A program made the position numbers and the translations under genes. Source: Minutocellus sp. GHC0000111 (lineage: Eukaryota). From it: DNA of 64,000 nt. The stretch lies in the NCBI GenBank assembly GCA_977018835.1, contig OZ361260.1, positions 1,984,001 to 2,048,000 on the forward strand. Reading direction: 5' to 3'. The notes under the pieces are model-generated. The model had not been told where the DNA came from. It was given only the letters and a program-made list of their open reading frames with translations, and made no database searches. Positions 36,963 through 50,831 of the stretch are shown one piece after another (position 1 is the first letter of the stretch; each line of letters starts with the position of its first letter).

Positions 36963-38872
36963 ATGGGTGCATTCTCCCCTCGTCCGAACGATTCAGACCA
37001 AATCAGTAGCTCCGACGGCAGCAACAGCAGCAGCGCCAGCGTCAGCGAAACCAACTTTTTCGGCAGTAGCAGCAACATGTCTTCGTACGCTCCCGTTTCT
37101 CCCGCTGAGGGACATGCACCTCTATCGAATGATATGTACGATCCCTACAAGCGCATCCGAAGAAATTGCGTCGCCGTCTGCCTTGGTGTCATCGCTCTCG
37201 CGTGTGCCAACTACCTTGTGAAGGATGTGATCGGTTCTGCCGTGACCGGTACCAGTATGTCCGGCAATCTTCGCTCCAATACCGACATTGTCAAGCCTCA
37301 CGTAGGACACAAGAAAGTCCTCGTGACAGGTGCTGCTGGTTTCGTCGCCTCCCATGTTACCGAGAAGCTTTTGGCCCGTGGTGACGACGTCGTCGTTGTC
37401 GACGAGGTAAATGATTACTACGATACTCGTGTGAAGGAGGCCAACCTTGCTCTCCTTCGGAAGCTTGAGCCTGACGAGAAGAGGCTTTCCATCTACCGAG
37501 GTGATATTGCCGATGCCGATTTCATTACAGAAGTTTTCGAGAAAGAAAAGCCCACGTGGGTTTGTCACCTTGCCGCGCGTGCAGGCGTTCGCTATTCGAT
37601 CATCGATCCCTACATTTACGTTCACTCCAACGTGGAGGGCACCGTGCAATTGATGGAGCTCAGTGTGAAGCACAACATTACCAACTTTGTCTATGCCTCA
37701 TCATCTTCAGTGTATGGCGGTTCCAAATCGACCTTCTTTTCCGAGATGGAGAACGTTGATCATCCAATTTCTCCCTATGCCGCATCCAAGAAATCGGTGG
37801 AGCTTATGGCCTACACTTACCACCATCTCTACGGGTTGAAAACCTCTGGTCTTCGCTTCTTCACTGTCTATGGTCCGGTGAGTTGCTTACGTGTATTACG
37901 CAGTTATTTATTTGTTGCAGAGGGGAGAAACCGAAAGGCAGAATAAAACTGCAGAGACATTTTTCTACGTGCTGTGTGTGTGAATGTTCGGCGGTGAGGA
38001 ATGGGAAATGTCAACGGAATAATGGACATTTACATTGAGAATAGATGGAGCACCGCACTCACTACTCACATCACTCCACTCACCATGTACTGTTGCTCAT
38101 CTTCTCCCCATTTTTACGCAGCGTGGTCGTCCCGACATGGCTCCCTTCATCTTCATCAATAGAATCTCTCGTGGAAAGCCTATTAAGCAATTTGGTGATG
38201 GGTCTACATCTCGTGATTATACGTACATTGATGATATTGTTGATGGTGTTATCCGTGCTGTCGATCGACCTTATGACTACGAAGTCTTCAACCTCGGCAA
38301 GGGAGACGGTACCTCACTCAAGGATTTTATCAATCTCGTACAAAAGTACACTAAGAAGAATGCCACCATCAACGTCCTTCCAGAGCAGCCTGGTGATGTC
38401 CCTTGTAAGTTTTGTGTTGTCTGTCGACTCATAGGGATCCATAGACATTTTCTGTGATGTTTTTCAAATGCTTTCTGGTGGTGTAAAATACACGCAAGAA
38501 ATGCTTTCAATGGAATCTCTCGTACATGTAGTAATATTCTCACCTTTCGATGTCTCTCCTTCTTTCTTTTTAGACACTTGCGCCGACGTGAATCATGCCA
38601 AGCGTCTTTTGGGATACAAGTCGTCTGTCACGTTCGAGGAGGGTATCAAGAGGACCGTCGAGTGGTACAACAGTCCCGACGCCGTCATTGCTCGTGATGA
38701 GGAAGAGTTGGAGAAGGAAAAGGCGGAGAAGACCGAAAAGAAGGTCGGCAAGAAGGAGGAGAAGAATGCTGTCGATGAGGATGATAAGAAGAGGAGAAAG
38801 CTTTCCACCAAGAACATCGGTGTGGAGGACAAGTACTATCCAACTGATGGCACTTATTATCCTCTCTACTAA
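36963..38872 (+). CDS. GAE: UDP-glucuronate 4-epimerase-like extended SDR, Golgi type II; exons 36963-37877, 38122-38404, 38574-38872
   Basis: VLVTGAAGFVA, HLAARAGVRYS, YASSSSVYG, SPYAASKK, GLRFFTVYGP|RGRPDMAP, SRDYTYIDDIVDG, QPGDVP|YTCAD; splice phases are consistent. Confidence 0.92.
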
Positions 38873-39448
38873 GGAATTAGTACCGGTAGATTGGACATCA
38901 GACACACAGGTCGGTGGATCCAAATTCCCTTTTTTGCATACCATGTAATAACTTTTTTAGAGATCAATTTCATCCTTCCTTGCCTTGGAATCATCAATCA
39001 TCAACTGCAGTGTGCCGCCTTACTTGGTGTGTGGACTTGCAGGCAGTCATACAGATCTAGCTAGAGTCTAGGTACTACATGTACATGTAGAGTTTAGATC
39101 TAGCTAGTCACCGGTTGCGTTGAGCAAAAAATGACTTCAGGCCCACTCCATGGTTGGTTTGCTCTTCGGTAAGAGACCCGTTCGACTCGACTCGCTCGAT
39201 TGATTGCATGCAACGAAGCCACGCATGCACGCATGCGTCACATGGGTGACGAATTTTCATGTTCTGCAGTTCGCCGCGCGCCGCCGCCACCAGCCCACCA
39301 GCACTCTCGAACTCGCCATCTGCGACTCACTCTTCTTAGTATGTTCATCAAGAGCAGTGCGAGCGCCCCGAGCACCTGCACCGTGCCACACTCTCACTAC
39401 TCGTGACTAGCTAGAAAAGCTAACAAACTGGACCAAGAACCGGCACCT

Positions 39449-42400
39449 ATGTCACTTTTGTCCCATATCAGCATGTCCTCTTGCTGTTGTGGCATCGGCG
39501 CTTGTCAGGAGTGCGACCCTTCGCCTTCGCCGATATCGGCTCACCGCATTTGTAAAGCGGAGGGCATGCCGGAACAACGGAGAAGCAGCAGAAGAAGAAG
39601 AAGACGGCAGCGGCAGCGGCCTTTGCCACTGACAAAAAGGTCATTCCCATTGTCGAGTCGACACGTCTTTCCTACATGTGCCGTTGCCGTTTCTCTTGTC
39701 ATTCCGCCAATTGTGATCTCAGCACTACAAGTACAAGTTCAGCCTTACCCTCCTATATCGATGTTCGGCCGACGAAAGCAAGGAAACAACGACCCCCCCC
39801 GCTGGATTGATGCTGCCACCACTAGCAATGCCGGTACCGCTTCCGGGATTATTATGTACAGTGTTCGTACTGACGATTTTGATGAGGATTCTGTGCTCAA
39901 TGATAGTTCTGATGACTGGCTTGACAATGGTGGTAGAATCAGCAGTGTCGATGTCGGAAGAGCAAATCGTTTCCAGGCCTCTTCACCAGCTGGAACACGT
40001 CCTCTGACAAAGCTTATTGCACACTCGGACAACTTAGCGCGTCGCAAAAGCTACTCAGGCGGAACAGCACTAAAGGCATCGCAATATGGGAGCGGAAATG
40101 GTGGTCGGAGGGGCAGCCGCGCTGCAGATGGTAATGGCCTTGGCGGGGGCAGCGGGAACGGTTCTCGCAGGAAATCAATGACGAACGATAGCTCATTGAG
40201 CACAAGCAGCAACCCGCAGCTTCGTGAAATCTATTCGCTCCAACAAAGTATTATGCGACACATTCGCCAACAAGATTTATCAAAGGCTTACAAACTGATT
40301 CAGGAAATGATTGTCCTGACGCAGGCGATGAAGCGAGATGTTGGTACATGTAGGAATGATGCGTCGACAATTGTTGATGAAACAATCAGGTCGCTGGCTG
40401 AAATGACATTTTCCAGGGGAGGAGGGGGCAAAGAGGCAGCGGATAGAATTGCTCTGGGACTTGATGCTCTCCACCTCCAATTATCATCGCAGGCTAGTCT
40501 CACGTCTCCCTACAATTCCATCCCGCGCGCAACTTGGATCAAGGCCCTTCGCGCTTTAACTTCGGCACGGGGAGTGCGTCGAATACATCTCAAGGCAGGC
40601 GATTCAAATGGTACCAATGGCTCTCCGACCACCCCAGCCGATGCATCCTTCGGAGTTTTACAGAGACTAATCACCGGTGCCGGTGTTCGTCGACGACCAA
40701 TATTGCCAGGAGCTGATAGCGGTAAAACGCCAAATGGAAGTGATTTGGATGAACGAGACTTCAGTATGGTCTTGAATGCGTTTGTCAGTTCTGGCCGTAT
40801 GGACATGGCCCATCGCGTGGTTGCACTTCAGGAGCGGACCACGTCGGCTCCTCCACTTTCTCCGGTGGCCTACTCTATCATGATCAAGGGCTACGGCAAG
40901 CTGCAGGATGCCAAAAATATTGAAATGATGCTTTCACATGCGAAGAGGAATGGTATCGCTCCCGACACGATCATGTACAACAGCCTCATCGATGCGTATA
41001 TCAATTGCGACTTGGTAGAGGAGGCACAAAAGGCATTCTCGGCATTGACGGACCGTGCCGGTAGCAACATGGAGTCGACACCAACACCCAATATTCGGTC
41101 TTACAACACCATGCTGAAAGGCTACGCAAGGAATGGAGAGCTACGAAAGGCCCTAGAACTTCACAATCAATGGATTCGGCCGGCCTGTGGAACGAAGTCA
41201 CAACGAATACTTTGGTCAAGGCTGCCGTCGTTGCAGGAGAATTTGAAGCGGCCGAAGATATTCTTGCGAAATTTACGGTGAAAGAAAAAGGACAGGGCGA
41301 CCCGCGTAGTAGCAGCAATCAACGTAGGAGCGCTGGTGAGGGTGGCAAAAGGCGCCAGCATCCAAACATGGAGGCCTACACCGACCTCATTGATGGGTAC
41401 GGAAAAGCCAAGATGCTGGACAAGGCCATCGGTACCTTCAAGAGTATGCGCCAGCGAGGAGTTGAGCCCAACGAGTACTCGTATACGTGCCTCATTAGTG
41501 CGATGGCTCGAAATGGAAAGATGGAGGAGGCGAATGCCCTCCTCAGTGCCATGGAGTCCGCCAACGTCAGACCAACTACTATTACGTACAATGCATTTAT
41601 TGCTGCAGCCTTGGCAGACGCAGCGCCGCGAGTTTCTTCGACATCCGATGCTGGTCCTGATAGCAGCAATTTGGACGAGGAGCACAGACAGTACAACAAT
41701 CGGATCGTAGATTCGCTCAAACTTCTGGGACGTATGGTCAAGTCCAAAGTTCGGCCCAATGAGATAACGATATCGACCATTGTCGCTGGTATGGGCAAGT
41801 GCTACCCTCCTCGCATCGAGGAAGCCAAGTCAATTGTAGCTAAACTGAATGCGGACGGAACGATATCCCGAGGTGACGAACGCATTGGGACCGCTCTGAT
41901 ACACACGTGCGGAGACAATGGAGACTTCGGAGGGTCCTTGGAAGCGTACAATGGTATCGCCGAGCAGGACATCATCGCTTTGAATGCTTTCCTCGATGCA
42001 TGCTGCAAGTGCGGCAAGGTCAAAATAGCGTTGGAAACATTTGAAGCCACTTTTTCTACCGGTGCTCCCGGCGATGCACGCGCGAGAGGAAGAAAAGCTA
42101 ACGGAAGATCTCGAATGCTACGACCAGATGTTGTGTCGTATACAGCTTTGATTTCGGCTCTCCTCGAGATGGGAAGCCCAGCTGCTAGTCAGAGAGCACA
42201 CAAACTGTACGATGACATGAAATCATCCTGGGGCATTGTTCCGGATACTGCCCTCATTGATATCATTCTTTCAGCCATGGTAGGCTGCGGATCGCTCGGA
42301 CTTGAGTCGGAGGACATTGACTTCATTCGCAAAGTCTTGCGTGATGCCGAAGGTTTACAGGGTTGGGCTCCGAACCAGTTAGAAGATAGAATCAAAGAGG

Positions 42401-42681
42401 TTCGTTTTCTATTACTCGGTCGGTTGAGCGAAGCCTGGAAGAATAATGAGGCAGCTTTTGGTATCGACGACAGTTCACAACCTTCGACAGCGAAGGTTGA
42501 CCCACTATTCGCAAGAAAGGGATGGAACACCGTTGATAGCGGCTTTCGGTTGTGGGGAGGCGGCTTTGGCGGCATGAGCACAGCCGCATCAGAGACTGAA
42601 GGAGACAATGCGGAGATAGTTGACTCCTTCCTACAACAACATGGTTGGAATTCAATCGACAACGGCTTCAGAATATTCTAG
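39449..42681 (+). CDS. Pentatricopeptide-repeat protein (one frameshift near 41160, likely a homopolymer error)
   Basis: Repeated PPR motifs (VAYSIMIKGYGK, IMYNSLIDAYIN, RSYNTMLKGYAR, AYTDLIDGYGK, YSYTCLISAMAR, VSYTALISAL). Adding one T in GAACTTCACAATCA joins the two ORFs. Confidence 0.88.
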
Positions 42682-42877
42682 CTGAAAAAATAATGATTGA
42701 GTACTGCTTTACTACATGTAGCACAATAGAAGTACCTACTTGCAGGAGGATTCTTTGCTCTTCCGTTACCAGAGAGGCTCCGTGTTTGTGTGACACTGTC
42801 CTGCAAAAAAGCAATGGACCTTATTTGGCATCTGAAGGATACCACAGTTGACAACTTGAAGAATTCGACGCACACTC

Positions 42878-45800
42878 TTACTTTCTCTCCTCTGCGATGT
42901 TTGCCATTTCAACCTCCATCTGCTCTACAGCCCTGGTCATGGAACGACGCCTTCGCTTTTTCGCAGATGCAGTCAAGATGTCGGCCGCGGCTCCTGCTAC
43001 TGGCTGACGAGCATGTTTCGTGAGGTTGGAGCTGCTACTAGTCCTGGCACTGGCACTAGTATTGGCAGTAGCGCTGGCAGTTCTAGATCTTGCAGACGTA
43101 GCGGGACGTTTTCTAGGAGGCCGGCCCAGCACCGATGACTGATCCTTGGACGACGACGACGACGACGACGATGAAGCTGACGATGATGAGGCGCACTTGG
43201 GGGTTCCCAATTTCACTGACGTCGATGAAGATCGACCGGGGGGAGAGAAATTCTCCTTGGCGGCGACGGTGTTACTAGTAGATGCCACCAAAGATGAGGC
43301 AGATGAAGTCACACGGGCGGATGCGTCCTCATGTATGGCAGGCGTACCACCACCAGCACCGGTCGCCCTCAATCGCTTGATCAGCTCTGCCTTGCGGCCG
43401 CTAACCGCTTTTCCCTCGCCGCGAAGGAGACTGCGTAGCTCTGCAACTGTCAGAGACTCCATTTCCACAGTCTCTGGCGACGATGATGATGCTGCAGCAG
43501 CCTCTGGCACTCTCGAAGAAGCATCTTCTTTCTTTTCGTGGCTGACATCCGGTCGAGAGAGGATCTTCTCACTGTGAAATAGAGATAAAAACAGAAAGAG
43601 ATAGCTGTTAGAACGATGTGAGTGAGTAATTGCACGGCGTTTCTTTTCCCAGATGTCACACTTACCCTGCGAGCTGATGCTCTTCATCGTCATCAGAGAA
43701 AGAATCCCTCGGCTTTGAACTCTCAGTCTTCTTTTTCTTCCTCTTGGGAGCTGGAGTATCCGGAGACCAATCGCTGTCATCACTGTACGCTCCAGCATCA
43801 TCATCGTCGTCATCCTCGAAGATATCAAAATCGCTCTCCTCTTCTGGTGATGGCGATGACTTCTTTTTGGCAGCCTTTTTCTTATCCTTCTTGACAGAAT
43901 TGTACAACAGAGCTGATGCCTCGTTCTTGGCAATTATACCCTTGGCAACCTGGTCGACGAAGGCCTTCATACTGTCGTGCTTTTCGCGTACGTCATTCAA
44001 ATCGTTTTTCACGGTCTGACCCACACGCTCACAGCCGCTAAGATAGGATGCAAGCATAGCATCAATACTTGCTTTTGTGGTCTCATCCAATCCATCCTCG
44101 CCTATTCCTATTGCCGTGAGGTCCTGGCGTAGCTGATGTTGGACCGATTCCTTCGTGCTCTCTAATAGCGTCATCATTGCCTCGGAATGATCCATTTTGA
44201 GACGCATGATAACCTCATTGACCCTTTTACGCTCCTCACTGATAGCCTTGTTGACTGCCAATTTGTGCGAATTTCTGGCTTGTGCACGAAGCGTGGCAGA
44301 CTCCTTAGAAACATCAACCAGTCGCGAGAACGTGTTCGTGTGGATGAGACGCATCTCTTGACGAGTAAGGCCCTGCCAAGTGCTAACATCGACAAAGCAC
44401 GAAGAGGACGAGGATACAGCAGCATTGGTCGTTGCCTTGGCGTTGTTGCCAAGGACACTCTTGTATACCTCCTCGAGATTCTTTTCCAGTTGATCGATGA
44501 CACTCTTCCTCGTACCGATTTCAATCTCAAGAGATTGCAAAGCAGCGGCAGACTCATGACGTTTGCTCTTGGCCATTTCGTTTTTCCTCATTGTGGCAGC
44601 CTGAATCAAATCTGTTTGTTCTTCGATTTGATCTTGGATTTCCGAAATGCTGATGGCAGCTCCAATCTCTTTTTCGAGCCAATTCGTGAGCTCTTCCTTG
44701 CGCTGAAGGCCAACTGAGTTGTTGTTGGTGACCCGAGCGCTACGAATTGCAGCAGCGTTATTGCGTTTCTTTTGCTTCTCCTCCGCCTGCTTCTGTTTTG
44801 ATACAGCCTCAGCCGCCTTACGTCTCAACACTGCATTCTGACGAGCGGCCTGATCCTTGACCTTTTGCAGCTCCGATTTCATTTTTTGGCTATCGCGGAG
44901 CATTCTTGCGGCCTGTTGTTGGGCCACCTTTTTTTCTTGGCGTCTCTGAGTCGAGAGCTCCTTGAGCTCCTTTTGCAGACCTGCTCTACGCCGCTTGTCG
45001 GCTGTAATCTCCGCCGCCAGCTGGCTGCACTTTCGTTCGGCAGCTTCTCTCATTCGAATACTCTTGGTGTGCTCGGCCGACTTTTTCTTCAAAGTTTTGA
45101 TGCGATCCTCCAGTTCAGCAATACGCGCTCGCATACGCTTTCGCTCGGGACTTTCATCATCGTCGCTTCGAGCAGATACTGATATACCCCCAGGACCTCG
45201 CTTTTTGCCTGCAATACTGCCACTGCCGCCGCCACCACCAACCTTTTTGAGCAAAGATTCCCGCTCGGAGGATAAGGCATCTACTTCCTCTTGAAGCCGT
45301 TTCAGAGCGGACTGAAAGTGGCCCTTCAAAGCGTCCATACACTCGCGTTCCTTTGTCATTGCGTCCATGAGCTCCTCCTTCCGCCCAATCTCGCCATCGA
45401 CGGCCACAAGCTCGCTTAGTTTGGTGTGCTCATTGCTACCATCGTCATTTTCGTTATCGGTTTTGGCGCCGGTAATATCACAATTGTTCCCACTTCCTCC
45501 AGAGACCAAGGTCTCATCTCCAGCAAGAACGAGATGTTCGGCTGCGGTAAGATCACCATCTCCTGCGATGACCGCGGCTGCCATAGCCCTTGCAACCTCG
45601 GCATCAGTTTGCGAATCGCGGAGTTGTTCCTTGAGGTCAGATAATTCACGACGGAGCTGCGAAATAAGCGTCTCACTCTCATCTCCATTGCTGTTGGGAG
45701 CAGTGCAAGCATTTTGGACCTCCTCTGGCAGATCAATACCCTTGGCAGCCAACGTGGCAGTAAGACTCTCGTATCGTTGACGCCACTTATCAGCTTTGAA

Positions 45801-47807
45801 CGACGCGCTCAGTGCGTCCTCGGCCGAAGAAACACTTCTCTGCTCCAATTGTGCGACTTTTGTTTCCATAGAAGTGATGTTGGCGCGCAACCGTGTCACG
45901 ATCTCAAGTTTCTCCACGTCGATTCCGTTGAGCAGTGAATTGCCAGCGAAATCATCTCCACCACCGTGAGCTGCTGCCAAAGCCCCATTTACCCCAACCG
46001 TCGCGGGCATGCGAGTACCTGGAGTGGACGAATTGGACATCTGAGCTTGAAGGAGCTGCAATTTCAGCATCTGATTCTCCCTCCGCAAGGCAGCTGCTTC
46101 TGCCGGCGACATGGCTCGATCGATGACGTTTCTTGTTGCATTATTTTTGATGTTGCGCGCGCGTTCGGCGTAGCGGAGGGTGTTGATACTCTCTTCGACG
46201 TTGGATTCAGCGGGTGATACACACGCTACCATCACCGTCCGGCTGTTGCCCCCCAAACTATCTTGAAGCAACCGAGTGAGCTTCGAATCACGGTAGGGAA
46301 TGTGTGCATTACTAGACGACGACGATCCACTCTGCTGTTGTCCAAGTTCGCTCAACGCTGATACTACCTGTCCTAAGACGAAAAGGCTGTGGAAAGTTGG
46401 GAACGAAATGTTTGAAAGGTGAGAACAACAATCCAAAAATGAGTTTCGTACTAGCAGAACCAGTGTGGTCGGTATGCATGACAACTCACCCCTTGTTGAT
46501 ATTGATTCCTTCCCGCATTCTAGCTCCTTCGGCACCAGTACGCTTGATCCTCTCTGATCCAGCAAGATCAACCAGGGTTAATTTTGCTTTGAGTTCTTCA
46601 CTACTGCTGCTGCTGCTGCTATTGCCCTCGGCATCGTTCTTTTCATCACAGTCTACAGTTGCGGGTGCGATGGTAACGTACAGCGTGCAAACAGCATGAG
46701 ATCGAGAAGACACCGCATTCATTTGCGTTGAGGCAGTAACTCGTCGTTCACTCGCCTCATGCATCAAGTTGGCAACGTCGGTGGGAGAAGTTACGACGTG
46801 CCGGGACAAGTTCCGCACGACGACACCCTCCGATTTGCTATCCCGAATGTGCAATTCGGGTGGCTTCGCACCACTGTACATGAGATCTCTGGCTTCCTCG
46901 TTGTAAATCTCGAGGTAGGACATTTCGACCTTCACTCGTTCCGTACCGTTGGGCAGGGATGCTCGAGTCTTGAACAGATCAAAAACGGCGCGCCCTATGA
47001 TACCATCCCCTTTGGAAGGAGGCTTGAGCGAGGAGTCGCCGTTACTTTCGCTGGTACCATCGCCATCGCCATTGGCCGTGGACGCCGCCGTGCCCATCGT
47101 GTGGGACTTACCAGCACCTACATACCACATCACGTGCACATTTTAGAGGAGAACAGAAATAATTGAGAGAAACGAAAAGTGCATTGAATTGATGGCAATA
47201 TATGTCCCTCCAATGAAAAAAATACAAATGTGGGCATCCTGTAGCGTTGCAGCCGAAGCGTCAACGTACCAGTCTGTCCATACGCCAGAATCGTCACGTT
47301 GAAACCGCGGAATATGTTCTTCTCGACAGTATCGCCGGCAGTGGCCTTGTACACCTCCTCTTGCGTCGTCTGAGGACCAAAGACGGCATCGTACTCGAAG
47401 TTCCGTTGCCCCTCGACGATGATCTGTCTGCCACTGGCTTTCGTGGCCTCTGCACTATGTTCGCCAATCTCCTTCTTTGAAAGGGGACGCAGCCTCGCCA
47501 CGACACGGACATTCTGGTTCTGATCGTCATTGGATGTCACAGCAGAAGTGGAAGACGCTGACGATGGCGAGATACTACCGGTAGTAGTAGACGACGATGG
47601 AGGTCTCTTGGAAGGGGACTTCTTTGCCATGGGTGGCAGTTGCTTCTGCACATGCGGTGCCTTTCGTTTGCTCGAACTGGCCTCAAGCTCAACGTTGACG
47701 CTGCTGCTGCCGCGATTGCTCAAACGACCACGGCCGCCACCGCTGCCGCTACTGCCAGCTGCTGTTGCAGAGGCGGCACCGATCGAAGCTTCCGACGGGG
47801 AAGGCAT
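42878..47807 (-). CDS. Kinesin-4 family (KIF4/KIF21-like) motor with long coiled coil and C-terminal SAP domain; exons 47807-47270, 47117-46490, 46386-43666, 43571-42878
   Basis: [77 protein letters not shown]-like [28 protein letters not shown]. Confidence 0.93.
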
Positions 47808-48374
47808 CGTTCAACAAAAAATATGACTGATGAGAATGATGGCACAGAGCGAGTTGGAAAAACGGTTGATGAGTGAGAGTCGAGTCGAGTAAGTCTTGTC
47901 GCGATTATTCTTGTTGTTAGGGATGATCTACATGGTAACTACGAGCAGTTTAGAGGATTTAGAAGTGGACCTGAACGGCGCTATGAGTAATTCTTTGCGG
48001 CTGGTTTTGCTTGTCCTACTTTCTTCGCTCCTCATCTTCTGATTATGTCGATCCTATAAACGTCTACGTAGAAAATCGTTATACATGTACCGACCGGTAG
48101 GAATTCCTACCGTCTAAGATCTCTACGCTACACACACTGTCATCAGCTATACATGTAGTTCTAGATCTGACTACCTGATAGTAAGAGATATTGTATATCT
48201 ACACAGCTGCTCTACATGTAGATCTCTAGAGTCCATGTAGAACAGTAGAGGCTACAAGTAAATACCAGAGAGTTGATGACTCCTCTACAAAACAAAAAAG
48301 GAAATGATTTTTTCTTTCACACAACCTCTCGACCCACACCAAGCATTCCTTTTCATTGGTTCTTGCATTCATCT

Positions 48375-50567
48375 TTATCTTTCCTTTAATCGCTGCTGCA
48401 TTATGGCTAGACCGAGCTCGTAGATAGTGGATGACAACAGTCGTTCCTCTCTCTTTTGCGCCGTCTTCTCCGAGGCGCTTCTCATCTCCAGCGCTTCGAT
48501 CTTGTCGTGCTTCTCCTTGAGCTTGGCCTTGCATTCCTGAAGAGCGACCAAATACTTCTCCTGAAATTTCGACAACGTCTTCTTGGTGTAGGCCTCCAGC
48601 TTTTCCTTATCGCTCCCCAGCTTGGCCTTCTCAGCCTCTTTCTGCTTCAGATCCTTCTCCAATTGGGCGATATGGCCCTTGAGCTTCGCCAGCTCCAGGC
48701 TGGACACAGCCGGTTGGGCCTGTTCTTTGGCCACAGCGGCGGCTTCCGACGTGGCAGCCGCGGCAGCCGCGGCAGCCGCTGCAGCAGCGGCCGCCTGCTC
48801 CAGTTCGGCCTCATGCCGGCGCTTCATCTCTTCCTGGAGTTTTTGGTTCTCAACTTCCATACGTATCGCCTTCTCCTTGGCCTCGGCCATACTCTTGGCA
48901 TTGGCACCCGACATGGACATTCCCGACACGTCCTTCGCCAAGTCATCCATGGACGTATCGGCAGCACTCTCCTGCTGCGCCTTGAGCGTCGTAAGCTCTT
49001 CCTCGAACATCTTCCTAGCGCTTTCGGCAGATGACAATTCGCCCTTGAGTTTGGTAACCTCAGCGGCCTTGGCCCGAAGATCGTCTTCCGCGGTGACCCG
49101 TTCCTTCTCGAGTTTGCCAACCTTGGTTTGGAGCTCATCCACTGTATTTTGCAATCCGGGCAGCCTCTTCACATCCGTCTCCAGCTCCATAATTTGCCGA
49201 AGGTACCCCTCGGCCTGATTCTCCATCTCGGTCATTTGCTGAGTCATGCTGCCCGCAGCTTCCAGCCTCTTACGGTAGGCAACGACGGTAGCCTCTGCCT
49301 TGGCAAGTTGCGCGGCTTTGGCACTGGCACTGGCAACGTCGAGTTCATCGGCCAGTGTTGCGCACTTTTCGGTCAAGTCGGTCACTTTGGACTCAGCATC
49401 GTCCCGAGCGCGCTTGGTCTTGGCCAGTTCTTCCTCGGCCGCTGACAGCTCTTCTTGCCTCCTACCGAGGCGCTCTTGCAAATCCTCCGCCAGGGCTCGG
49501 AGCTTGCGCTCTGCCGACTCGTGCTCCTCGGCTAGAATCGTGGCCTGCGACTTGTGAGATGCCAGCTCTCTTTGGGCCTGTTCAAGGGATGATTTCAGCT
49601 CGTCCCGCTCCTTAATAAGGGCAGCACTCCCACTTCCACGGGGACTGCCCGATATGGCAGCAGCCTCTCCATCCAGATCCGCCATTGCCGCATCGATATC
49701 GTGCTCAGCGGCACTGAACATGGCCGACATGCTGTTGGATGGATCGCCATTGTCATCGGAGTCATAATCGTCGCTGTCAAATTCAATCTCTGCACCGCCC
49801 GATCCACCACCAATGCCCTCGTCGTCGTTGCCGTCATCGTCATCTTCGCCGTCAACTCCGTCGATCTCGTCATCTTCATCACCGTCATCCCGATCTTGCA
49901 ACTGTCCCATGCTGTCCTCAATGACACCCTTCATCTCCACCTGCCCGGACGCGCTCATGGTCATAATCCGAGGGACGATATCCCCCCGCTTCTCGCACTG
50001 GACGGCAGCGGCTGCCACCAACTCGACCAGACTAACAATGCCATCGGCATCGGCCTCCTTGGCGATGGCGGAAACGTCCAGAGACGAAAAGAGGTCGGAC
50101 GTTTTGTTGAGTTCGGAGTGATAGTACGTCTCGAGGTTGCGAAGGAGCTTGCGCAGGTTGGAGGATTTCAGGGCCCAGTTGTCGCCTAGATCACGAGTAA
50201 CGGTAGTGGGATCAAAGTATTCCGGTGCACTGTTTCATTTTTCATTTCATTTATTTCAGATGGTCATGGCATCGCGGCAGTGTGAGAAAATAATGTGCTC
50301 GTGCTGAATCAATCAATGAAACAAACAACAAACGAACAAGCAAAATACGTATCCGACCAGATCGGCATAGCAGGGCAAGATACCCGGGCTGATACATGCA
50401 CTCAAAGGAAAAACCGTAACCACTTACATCTCCGACAGGGCCTCAAAGAGCGCAACACCATCGCTCAAGGCAGAGAGATTGGTCGGGGCCGACGACACGT
50501 CTTCAAAGATGCCCACAAATTCCACGAGGGCGGCATGTCTGGCCTGTTGTTCGTCGTCGTCACTCAT
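48375..50567 (-). CDS. HOOK-family dynein adaptor; exons 50567-50428, 50229-48375
   Basis: LSDGVALFEALSE|IAPEYFD..NWALKSSNLRKLLRNLETYY (HOOK domain); long coiled coil; C-terminal REERLLSSTIYELGL. Confidence 0.85.
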
Positions 50568-50831
50568 TTTGAAAAAGGAGGCTGCAGAACAAGGAGAAGG
50601 CAACACAAATAGTCTTAGAGTGTACAGAGATTGATTAGACCAAGCGAGGCAGATGCGATACTTCAAGCAGGTCAGGTCAGGAGGTCGGTCGGCAGCGGCA
50701 GCAAGCCCGGAAATGACGAGAAAACGACGGTTCATTTGCAACATGTTTCCGGGTTCTTTTTTAATCCCGACTTTCAGCGAGGAGCGGAGAAGAAACGGAC
50801 TGATGCTACTTCCTTATTCATTCACGCAACG

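Noticed and set aside
41150..41175. Programmed frameshifts in PPR (also DEK ~62380 and the small mitochondrial gene ~63555)
   Set aside because: Each is fixed by lengthening a short homopolymer, which is the usual long-read consensus error; no slippery heptamer is seen.
47971..47986. 16-bp match CTGAACGGCGCTATGA shared with 56641 and 56265
   Set aside because: Too short, with no extension or structure to interpret.
44187..50189. Numerous antisense ORFs over kinesin and HOOK
   Set aside because: Shadow ORFs expected opposite GC3-rich coiled-coil coding sequence.
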